Part shown: in pieces, positions 21,505 through 29,800 of the stretch | Layout: each line of letters starts with the position of its first letter | How positions within the stretch are numbered: the stretch's first letter is position 1 | Origin: Oceanispirochaeta sp. | GTDB lineage: Bacteria; Spirochaetota; Spirochaetia; DSM-2461 | Direction of reading: 5' to 3' | Length of the DNA stretch: 64,000 nt | Assembly: GCA_963666275.2 (NCBI GenBank) | Contig: CAXXOA010000001.1 | Coordinates: forward strand, 2,272,001-2,336,000 | The notes under the pieces: model-generated | The model's database searches: none | What the model saw: the letters and a program-made list of their open reading frames with translations, nothing else | Told to the model about the DNA's origin: nothing | Translations under genes and position numbers: made by a program

Positions 21505-21720
21505 TCCCACGGGTAGGGAGACCTGCTTCACAAACTGGATTATAGCGGAAAACCGATCCTAATCACCTGCGCTAAACGTTCACAGGCGACGGGAAAAGAA
21601 TCCAGTACATAAACTGAGAAGATAAATGTGGGATCCCCCTTTGTAGAAACACAGTCGTGCCGGGAACAGCAGCAATTTGCGCTGTCCCGGACAGAGACAG
21701 ATAGCTGTTTTCGTCTACTG

Positions 21721-21861
21721 TCATCTGGGGTCAGCAGGAATCACAATTCTTTCCCTGCAGCTGGGACAAAGCCCCTTTCTGAAATTCTTGTCCGCATCGA
21801 TACTCAGTCTTTTTCCGCACTTGGGACAGTGAAATACTTTAATACTTCTCTCTTCGTTCAA
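21721..21861 (-). CDS. 46-aa zinc-ribbon protein (not in ORF track)
   Basis: Hand translation MNEERSIKVFHCPKCGKRLSIDADKNFRKGLCPSCRERIVIPADPR*; AAGGAG 8 nt before TTG; CPKC..CPSC. Confidence 0.75.
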   Translation of the reverse strand: MNEERSIKVFHCPKCGKRLSIDADKNFRKGLCPSCRERIVIPADPR

Positions 21862-22192
21862 ATCAACGTCTCCTTGAATTTTCTTTATCTATCCCATTCA
21901 GGACCTGGAAAATTTCCTGCAGGCAATTTTCATAAAACCAGATTCTCTCAGCAATAAAATGGATCGTTTTCCCGGGGAAGTGGGAACTGAAGAAACCAGA
22001 TAAGCTCATCATGAGGATGAGTGCGTCTTGAATTGCATAGATAAGGCATATTTTATATTTAGAATACTAATATTAGATTTTTCTGTCAATACAGCTTAAT
22101 CACTGATTATTCACAGATATTTGCCTTTTTTTTAGCAAAAGTCTAATATTATATTTTGAACAATAAATATAAAAAAGCGTGGTGTAAAAAAT

Positions 22193-23668
22193 ATGTATAC
22201 AGGTGAAGGATTTGTAGAATCTGAATTAGGGGATGTGGATGTCATCCAGCACAACGGGCTGTTCCATTTATTTCATCTTGTTCTGCCCAATCATGATTAT
22301 ATTGCTCATGCCGTCAGCAACGACGGATTCCTCTGGAGACGGGTTAAAAATCCCCTATTCATAGGAGAACCAGGAGACTGGGACGACGATATGCTCTGGA
22401 CAATGCATATATCCGAAGATCCCGATGGTCCGGCGGCATTCAGGATGTTCTATACAGGTTTAAGCCGTCGGGAAAGAGGAAGAATCCAGCGGATCGGCCT
22501 GGCCAGATCCAATGACCTCTATCACTGGGAAAAGGTTTATTCAACAAACTATCCCCTCTCTATTACGGGACCCCATTACGAAGAGTCTATTTCCGAGGGG
22601 CGTCACTGGGTCAGCTGCCGGGATCCTTTTTTCTTCAATCGGGGAGAGGACAGATACCTTCTTGTGAATGCCAGAGTCCCTTTCGGGCCTAAAATCAGAA
22701 GAGGCTGTGTAGGCCTGGCCCGGGAAGTCGCTCCGGATGAGTTTAAATGGGAAAAGCCCCTGTTCTTCCCCGGTATGTATGATGATGTGGAAGTACCGGG
22801 TCTCTACAAAATCAAAGACAGATACTACCTGATAGGCAATATCAGGGAAGATATAAAAGTTCACTACTGGCACTCGTCTGAACTCAGAGGAGATTACGAA
22901 GCCTTTGCTTCGAATGTGCTCCTTCCCCAGGGGAATTATGCAGCCAGGATAACCCCTGTGGGGGACAGACTTCTTGTATGGAACTTCTTTACCAACAGAA
23001 GTCAAACCGGCAGGACTACCATCCTTCCCCCCCCTACGGAACTCCAGGTTGCCGAAGACGGCCAGCTCTATCTGAAAAGCTACAGTACCTTTGACAAGAA
23101 AGTAAAAAAGACCTTCGACCAGAAAAATCTGCTTCCCGTAACGAGGATTCTGAAAAACCAGACAGCCAATGTGGAACAGAAACAGGATGAAATCATACTG
23201 GAATCCATCAGCGGATACGAAATTTTCTATTTTAAAGAGAGGTCTACCGATTTCCGGCTTCGATTCAGAATAACCATGGAAGGACTGGGAAAATGCGGCA
23301 TCATTTTCCGTTCGGATATGGAAGCCAACGGCCACTATATCAGTCTTGATTTGAGAAACGGCCAGACCCAGGCCAGGGTATGGGGAGAGAAGGAAAATGC
23401 AGGCATAGAAGAGTCATTCTGGTACAAGATTATTCAATCCAATCACTTTGCAAGTACGGCATCTGAAAGTCAGGAGGTAGAGGTCATTGCTTTCGGCGGT
23501 TACATTGAACTTTCTGTGAATAAAAAGATCGTTCTCCGTTATGTGGAGACGGACTATATGTGCCAGGATTTTATAGGCCTTTATGTGGAAAGTGCACGGA
23601 TTTCCATAACCGAAACAGAGCTCCAGAAACTGGATGGTCCGGAACAGGAAGATCATCAGGTCATTTAG
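22193..23668 (+). CDS. GH32-like (clan GH-J) beta-fructosidase
   Basis: GDVDV (nucleophile region), CRDPF, VEVP; propeller plus C-terminal beta-sandwich length. Confidence 0.8.
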   Translation: MYTGEGFVESELGDVDVIQHNGLFHLFHLVLPNHDYIAHAVSNDGFLWRRVKNPLFIGEPGDWDDDMLWTMHISEDPDGPAAFRMFYTGLSRRERGRIQRIGLARSNDLYHWEKVYSTNYPLSITGPHYEESISEGRHWVSCRDPFFFNRGEDRYLLVNARVPFGPKIRRGCVGLAREVAPDEFKWEKPLFFPGMYDDVEVPGLYKIKDRYYLIGNIREDIKVHYWHSSELRGDYEAFASNVLLPQGNYAARITPVGDRLLVWNFFTNRSQTGRTTILPPPTELQVAEDGQLYLKSYSTFDKKVKKTFDQKNLLPVTRILKNQTANVEQKQDEIILESISGYEIFYFKERSTDFRLRFRITMEGLGKCGIIFRSDMEANGHYISLDLRNGQTQARVWGEKENAGIEESFWYKIIQSNHFASTASESQEVEVIAFGGYIELSVNKKIVLRYVETDYMCQDFIGLYVESARISITETELQKLDGPEQEDHQVI

Positions 23669-23676
23669 TTATTATG

Positions 23677-23716
23677 CTAATCTTTTTTTATTCTTTATAG
23701 AAAAAGATTAGTTTTT
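23677..23716 (+). terminator. AT-rich hairpin after the GH32 gene
   Basis: CTAATCTTTTT...AAAAAGATTAG followed by TTTTT. Confidence 0.45.
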
Positions 23717-23850
23717 AATACATATATTTATATTATTAATTACATATATTGTATCATTTTAAAACCATATACACTGATTTGACTTGCAGCTGATTTTATT
23801 TAGTATTGAATATATTTTTAAATTTTCCTACAATTGAACAAGGAGTTTAA

Positions 23851-25158
23851 ATGATGAGTAATACAAAAAAAACAGAAAAAAGTTCCGATTCGGGAGATGA
23901 TTCTCCCAGCATTAAACAGATAGCTATGATCTCAACACATGGCTATGTTGCCGCCGAACCACCCCTGGGTGCTCCCGATACGGGAGGACAGGTTGTTTAT
24001 GTTCTGGAATTGTCCAAAGTACTGGGAAAACTCGGTTACAAAGTGGATATTTTTACAAGACAGTTTGAAGACCAGCCTGCTAGCGAACCGGTAGACGACA
24101 ATGTTCAGCTTATCAGGATTCCCTGCGGGGGGACAGAATTTATTCCCAAAGAATATATGGTTGACCACATGGATGAATGGGTCGACAACGCCCTCCAGTA
24201 CATATCAGAAAACAGCAAAGACTACATTTTTATCAACAGTCACTACTGGGATGCCGGTATAGCGGGCATGAAAGTGTCCAAAGCCCTGGACGTTCCCCAT
24301 CTTCACACTCCCCATTCCGTTGGAACCTGGAAAAAAAGGAATATGGAAAAAGATTTCCCCCAGGACAAAAAAACCTTTGAAAAACAGTACAATTTTAAAG
24401 TCCGGATCCAAATGGAAAAGGAACTGTTTCATGATTGCCATAAAGTGATCGCCACAACACCGATTCAGGAGGATCTTATCATAAGGGATTACAATGTACC
24501 CAAATCCCATATCAAAATGATCCCGCCGGGATATGATGACAACAAGTTTTACCCCATGGCAGATGCCTCCATGGCGATGCTCAAGGAGAAATTTCATTTC
24601 AGGGACAACTGTATTCTGGCTCTGTCCCGACTGGCCCATAACAAGGGGATGGATCTTCTTGTGGAATCTTTCGGAATACTCTGCCGGAAAGGAATCAACG
24701 CCCAGCTGGTTCTGGCAATCGGTCATGAAGAAAGGAATGAGGTGGAAGAAGAACTCTTTCAGAATATACAGAAAATCATCAAAAAGTATGATATTGAAGA
24801 TAAAGTCAGATTCCTGGGATTTATTCCTGATGAGGAACTGGCGGATACCTATCTGTCGGCGGATGTATTTGTCCTTTCCAGCCGGTATGAACCTTTCGGT
24901 ATGACCGCTGTGGAAGCCATGGCCTGCGGTACACCCACGATAGTCACCCGTCATGGAGGTCTCTGCCGGGAACTGCGAGACGGAACGGATGCCATTATAA
25001 CGGATCCTTTCAAACCGGAAGAGATGGCCGATGATATGGCAGCCATACTGAGGCATGAAGGCATCAGAAACAACCTGTCCTATGAAGGCAGCAGAACCTC
25101 CCGGGACAATTTTTCCTGGACTGGAATCGCCTTGAAGCTGGCCAGTATCGTAAAATAG
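23851..25158 (+). CDS. mfpsA: GT4 mannosylfructose-phosphate synthase-like (sucrose-phosphate synthase family)
   Basis: ISTHGYVAA.PPLGA.DTGGQVVYVLEL, RIPCGG.EFIPKEY, INSHYWDAG, IPPGYDDN.F, SSRYEPFGMTA.EAMA: matches my recollection of Agrobacterium MfpsA. Confidence 0.82.
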   Translation: MMSNTKKTEKSSDSGDDSPSIKQIAMISTHGYVAAEPPLGAPDTGGQVVYVLELSKVLGKLGYKVDIFTRQFEDQPASEPVDDNVQLIRIPCGGTEFIPKEYMVDHMDEWVDNALQYISENSKDYIFINSHYWDAGIAGMKVSKALDVPHLHTPHSVGTWKKRNMEKDFPQDKKTFEKQYNFKVRIQMEKELFHDCHKVIATTPIQEDLIIRDYNVPKSHIKMIPPGYDDNKFYPMADASMAMLKEKFHFRDNCILALSRLAHNKGMDLLVESFGILCRKGINAQLVLAIGHEERNEVEEELFQNIQKIIKKYDIEDKVRFLGFIPDEELADTYLSADVFVLSSRYEPFGMTAVEAMACGTPTIVTRHGGLCRELRDGTDAIITDPFKPEEMADDMAAILRHEGIRNNLSYEGSRTSRDNFSWTGIALKLASIVK

Positions 25159-25184
25159 AATTGAAAGAGCTTAAAGGCAATAGT

Positions 25185-25940
25185 ATGAACAACAGCATAA
25201 AGCTCCTCTCTTTTGATCTGGATGGGACTCTTCTGGGCAACAGAGAGGCAACAAAAGAATTTAAATCCGCCTGGGAGACTCTCTCCCGGGAGAACCGTCC
25301 CCTCCTCTGCTACAATACAGGAAGGCTCTTTGACGACACCCTGCAGGTGATAAAAGCCGAAGGCCTTCCCGAGCCGGATTACTGCATCTGCGGTGTGGGA
25401 ACCCTGATTTACAACTATGCGGAAAAACGGGTGGAACAGGGTTTTGCCGATCTTCTCCATCACGGCTGGGATCTTATCAAAGCGGAACTTCTGATGAGTG
25501 AAATTCCCGGAGCTGTCCTGCAGCCCCGGGAGTTTCAGAACGATTTCAAGTCCTCCTGGTATCTTGAAAACGCAGCGGAACTGGAACTGAATACCATAAA
25601 AGACTCCCTGAAGGATAAAGGTCTGGATGTGAATGTTGTCTATTCCAGTTCCCGGGACCTGGATATCCTTCCCCGTCACGCCACAAAGGGCAATGCCCTT
25701 TTATGGCTGATGGAGACACTGGCTATCCGGGGCGATCAGGTGATCGTCGGCGGTGATACAGGGAATGACCTTTCCATGTTTCAGATCCCCCGGGTCAGGG
25801 GGATTATCGTTGCCAATGCCATGTCTGAACTGCTTCTCCTGAAAGACAGGGAAGAGTGCTATCTGGCACAGGGTGAAACGGCCCGGGGAATTCTGGAAGG
25901 ACTAGTTCAATGGGGTGTTATTCAAGGCAGGAAAGGGTGA
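25185..25940 (+). CDS. mfppA: HAD-IIB phosphatase (mannosylfructose-/sucrose-phosphate phosphatase-like)
   Basis: DLDGT, YNTGR, YSSSRDLDILP..ATKGNAL, GDTGND; adjacent to mfpsA. Confidence 0.8.
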   Translation: MNNSIKLLSFDLDGTLLGNREATKEFKSAWETLSRENRPLLCYNTGRLFDDTLQVIKAEGLPEPDYCICGVGTLIYNYAEKRVEQGFADLLHHGWDLIKAELLMSEIPGAVLQPREFQNDFKSSWYLENAAELELNTIKDSLKDKGLDVNVVYSSSRDLDILPRHATKGNALLWLMETLAIRGDQVIVGGDTGNDLSMFQIPRVRGIIVANAMSELLLLKDREECYLAQGETARGILEGLVQWGVIQGRKG

Positions 25941-27437
25941 TCTCTTTCCTTTCCGTTTCCTCGTAAAGTCGGGAAAGTGCTCCTCCATGCAGTCAGGGCA
26001 GATGGTATGGGAGAAATCCGTATCCTTGTGCCTAGAAAAATACTGCTCCACACTCTCATAGTAACCCTGGTCATTTCGGATTTTTTTACAGTAGGAACAG
26101 ATGGGGATGATCTCTCTCAGAGCATTGACTTCCTCCAGAGCTTTTCTCAGCTCCACAATAAGATTTTCCTTTTCCTGAGAGATCCTCTCCAGGTCCAGGA
26201 TCTTCTCATCCAGTGTTATAAGGGTGTTTTTAAAGACATCCACAGCTCTGGACATATCTCCGATTTCATTGAGGCTTTTTAAATTGGGAACGGTCACATC
26301 GGTCTCTTTTTTTCCCAGTCTGATGATAATATTGGTAAGGATGTTTGTCTGCTTGAGGATTCTGTTGTTCACAAGAATGAATACCACTAAAAGAAACAGT
26401 AGAGACGCCAGAGAGAAAAATGTGTATACATGAATGTCTTTCCTGCTTTTCTGATACTTTTCTGCTGTATAGGCGGAAGTCTGCTGCACGACAATATCCA
26501 TAAAGGCGGCAATCTGATTCAGAATATCAACTCCCTGGCTGAGATACTCCTCCTGAGTCAAAGAGTAGGGCCCGCCCGTCTCTGCTTCGGAAATGATCCG
26601 GTTTCTTGTGTTCCTGTAGGATCCTGTATAGACCTTCTCGAGATCCGTGAGTGAACGGTAAAGGGGAGTATTCTCCCATGGGCTGCTCTGATACTTGAGA
26701 TCCTTGAATTTTTCATTGGATGAAACCTGCAGGGAAAGGATTTTCTGCTTCAGATCCTCCCGCAGAGGCTTCCCCGAGAGTATGGTGGCCGACAGAATGG
26801 ACATTTCCGGCCCGGCAGTATTCCTGAGTGCCATAGTACTCAGTTTCAAAGAGGAATAGCGGCCGATTACACCGTCTGCATCACTGATGCTCTGGGAGAT
26901 CCCCGCCAGAAGAGATTCGATTGCCTCGATGTACTGTGTCATACGGGTAAACCAGAGATCCGCCAGCTCATGATCCCGTTCCTCCCAGGGAATGGAAAGA
27001 TTTTCCTCCGCCCGGGATCTGAGAGTACTGATCTTTTCCTTAACAGCATAGATCTCTTCTATATGAGAAACCTGATCGGAAAGACTCCCGGGAGACAGTT
27101 TTTCTATCGCCCTTTCCAGAGCGGCTTCCCCCTCCAGCCTCCTGGCAAGAATAAAAGTCCGGTTCCCTTCCATTCCTTCAGGATCTCCCGTATCGTTTAA
27201 TACCACATTGACCCGGCCCCTCTCAAAACCTAAATTGGCCACAGCCTTAAAGAGATCATCACTGACTTCATTCATAAGAAAAATATTCTGGGAGAGCCTG
27301 AAATCCTTTATGGATCGATTGAGAATGACAAAAGAATTGACTCCCTGCAGGAGAAGGATGATAACCAGAATAGAGACAAAAATACTCTTTATAGAGTTGT
27401 TTCTAAAAGATTGTCTGAGAGTGTCCAGATATGACAT
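25902..27437 (-). CDS. TM-sensor-TM-HAMP protein with a C-terminal Cys/His zinc-binding domain
   Basis: Two TM helices around a large helical domain; HAMP NEIGDMSRAV; IPICSYCKKIRNDQGY...FSHTICPDC. Confidence 0.8.
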   Translation of the reverse strand: MSYLDTLRQSFRNNSIKSIFVSILVIILLLQGVNSFVILNRSIKDFRLSQNIFLMNEVSDDLFKAVANLGFERGRVNVVLNDTGDPEGMEGNRTFILARRLEGEAALERAIEKLSPGSLSDQVSHIEEIYAVKEKISTLRSRAEENLSIPWEERDHELADLWFTRMTQYIEAIESLLAGISQSISDADGVIGRYSSLKLSTMALRNTAGPEMSILSATILSGKPLREDLKQKILSLQVSSNEKFKDLKYQSSPWENTPLYRSLTDLEKVYTGSYRNTRNRIISEAETGGPYSLTQEEYLSQGVDILNQIAAFMDIVVQQTSAYTAEKYQKSRKDIHVYTFFSLASLLFLLVVFILVNNRILKQTNILTNIIIRLGKKETDVTVPNLKSLNEIGDMSRAVDVFKNTLITLDEKILDLERISQEKENLIVELRKALEEVNALREIIPICSYCKKIRNDQGYYESVEQYFSRHKDTDFSHTICPDCMEEHFPDFTRKRKGKRSPFPALNNTPLN

Positions 27438-27527
27438 AGAGAAAACCACTTTTATAATAATATTGTTCTATCATATCATAAACAGAGAACAATCCTGGAA
27501 TAATTTTCAGAGTCTTCAAGAAGAAAA

Positions 27528-27558
27528 CACAATCCCGTCAGAGAAAGCCGGGATTGTG
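27528..27558 (-). terminator. Probable terminator downstream of the MCP gene
   Basis: CACAATCCCG...CGGGATTGTG with a T-tract on the minus strand. Confidence 0.55.
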
Positions 27559-27697
27559 GCGTTACTAAAAAAGGCTGTAGACCCAGACGATAAGTTTGTC
27601 GTTGGTCTGACTTTTAAAATGGAGCTGTCATGGATGCAGAAATCTATGATATCACTGATCCCTTTCACAAAATCGGGTCATGCTGAGGTTACTGAGG

Positions 27698-29566
27698 TCA
27701 GGATCCTGAAATTTTATACTCGCCTATCATGGTAATAACTTCCTCCAGAGACTGATCGGTGCTCCGGTTCTGCTGCAGGATTTTTTCCGACTGATGAGAA
27801 ATGGCATCTGAACTGTCCGAGATCTCTTTCATAGCTTCAATGACACCCTGATTGATATCCCGCATCCGAGTGACTGCCTGCAGGATCTCTGTATTCCCTA
27901 TCTGCATCTCCGAAGATCCCTGAATCACCCTTTCGGAAACATCCTCCAGCTCCCTGATGGCCTTATCCAGTTTGGAGGAAAAGTCCGAGACAGCCTGGGT
28001 AAAACTGCTCATACGCTCTACAGCCTTCCGCACATCACCCACGTGAGAGTCTATTTCGGTGAAAGAGGACTGTACGGATTTTGATTCGGTCCCGACCACC
28101 TGGATGTTATCCAGAACCTGCTTCAGATTGATTCCGATGGATTTTGACTGAACCGAAGCTGTTTCGGCAAGTTTACGGATTTCATCTGCCACAACGGCAA
28201 ATCCCCGTCCCGCGTCCCCTGCATGAGCCGCTTCGATCGCTGCATTCATGGCAAGAAGGTTAGTCTTGCTGGCAACAGCAGCGATGAGGGTGTTCGCCTC
28301 GGCAAGGTGGGTCGAATCATCGGTTATTTTACTGACAATTTCCTGAAGCTTCATAATTCTGTCATTCCCTTCCTGAGAGGCTCCCACAAGGATCCGGGTC
28401 TGTTCTGTCCCCTGGGAGGAGAGATCCATAAGCTGCGAGTTCATTTCCAGCAGTTCATTCAAAGACTCGGAGGAGACTCCCAGAATCTGTTTCTGCTGTC
28501 TGATGCTCTGATCCAGAGACTCTATATTCCGTGCCAGTTCTTCTACGGCGGAAGTGGTCTGAATCACACTGGAACTGTGATCTTCCATCTGGGAATTGGT
28601 ATGCTCCAGATGCCTGCGGATGTCCCCCACTGCCTCAGCCATATCATTGATCCCCTGCCCCAGATGTTCCTTGTTGTCTCCCAGCTGCCTGACCATGGCA
28701 AGGATCATGGTAAACCCCTGATTCAGACTTGAAAAAAGCCTATTGGCCATTTGACTGAGAACACCGATTTCATCGGAGGTATCTACTGAGAGTTTGACAG
28801 TTAGATCTCCTTCTGCTCCGGTCTGAAACTTGCCAGTCATACCGGTGATGGGCTCTATAATATTTTTAAGCAGGACAAACAGCGTAATGAGGATAAAAAC
28901 AGCGGCTGTTGCCCCGCTGATTCCGAATAATATGGGAACACTGAAAGGGAGCTCCCTGTGGAGGTCTATCATGGCAATGGAAGAGGTAAGGCCTGTGAGT
29001 ATAAACATGATAATAGTCCCCAGAAAGGAGCTCATAATCAGACTGAGAAGTTTGACTTTCAAAGTTATGAGGGTCTGTATCTCTGCACTGTTATCTCTGG
29101 CCATCTCATCGATGACCATATAAACCAGGTTCATCATAGGAATGGCAATCATCTGGAAAAAAGCCAGAACGTAAAATGAAGCAATAATTCCCGAGTGGGG
29201 AAATTCGATTTTCACAAAATAATTCAGATGGATAATGGATGTGATTATCGTGAAAGGAAGGGTAATGGCAAAATTGACCGAGACCCGGGAATTGAAGTTC
29301 TGCCAGTCCTGCCATTCCAGATCCTGACTGCCAGCCAGCTTCCGCAGCCGGAACAGAGGATGAAGGGCCAGAAACACAGAGAACAGACAGGAAGAGAGTA
29401 TAAGAACCACCGATGCCGTATTGGTCAGGAGGTAAATAAACTCCTGTATCGTCATGAATCCGCTGAGAACACTGAAATAGGCCAGGATCATGGGTACCAG
29501 AAGGGGTGTGATTAAAAAGATGGGCACAGCCCTTATTATATATTTTTTTTCTAATGCTTTATTCAT
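27698..29566 (-). CDS. Methyl-accepting chemotaxis protein (multi-TM input)
   Basis: TNLLAMNAAIEAAHAGDAGRGFAVVADEIRKLAE, HAMP, several N-terminal TM helices; start approximate. Confidence 0.93.
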   Translation of the reverse strand: MNKALEKKYIIRAVPIFLITPLLVPMILAYFSVLSGFMTIQEFIYLLTNTASVVLILSSCLFSVFLALHPLFRLRKLAGSQDLEWQDWQNFNSRVSVNFAITLPFTIITSIIHLNYFVKIEFPHSGIIASFYVLAFFQMIAIPMMNLVYMVIDEMARDNSAEIQTLITLKVKLLSLIMSSFLGTIIMFILTGLTSSIAMIDLHRELPFSVPILFGISGATAAVFILITLFVLLKNIIEPITGMTGKFQTGAEGDLTVKLSVDTSDEIGVLSQMANRLFSSLNQGFTMILAMVRQLGDNKEHLGQGINDMAEAVGDIRRHLEHTNSQMEDHSSSVIQTTSAVEELARNIESLDQSIRQQKQILGVSSESLNELLEMNSQLMDLSSQGTEQTRILVGASQEGNDRIMKLQEIVSKITDDSTHLAEANTLIAAVASKTNLLAMNAAIEAAHAGDAGRGFAVVADEIRKLAETASVQSKSIGINLKQVLDNIQVVGTESKSVQSSFTEIDSHVGDVRKAVERMSSFTQAVSDFSSKLDKAIRELEDVSERVIQGSSEMQIGNTEILQAVTRMRDINQGVIEAMKEISDSSDAISHQSEKILQQNRSTDQSLEEVITMIGEYKISGS

Positions 29567-29640
29567 GGATTTTTTAACATCTCCTGTCTTGACTTGTTTA
29601 CGGAACAAATCGGATGAAATGTCCCGTCTCTAATTGTATT

Positions 29641-29648
29641 ATATCGGC
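29641..29648 (-). promoter_or_regulatory. Sigma-28-like -10 element upstream of the MCP
   Basis: GCCGATAT on the minus strand; -35 match is weak. Confidence 0.5.
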
Positions 29649-29742
29649 ACTCCAGGAGCAAATATCCACATCATAAAAAGCCTTTCCCCTCTCCAGACCG
29701 GCAGAAAGTTCTTTTAATATTTATCAAAGAAACAATTAGCTG

Positions 29743-29775
29743 AAAAAAAAGAAACGGACCTTTACAGGCCCGTTC
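29743..29775 (-). terminator. Intrinsic terminator after the esterase pair
   Basis: Minus strand GAACGGGCCT-GTAA-AGGTCCGTTTC followed by T8. Confidence 0.75.
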
Positions 29776-29800
29776 AGGAGATGCTATTGAGAGAAATTTC

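Noticed and set aside
21628..21957. 109-aa plus-strand ORF
   Set aside because: No motif; codon-aligned antisense of the zinc-ribbon gene, which has an RBS and paired CxxC
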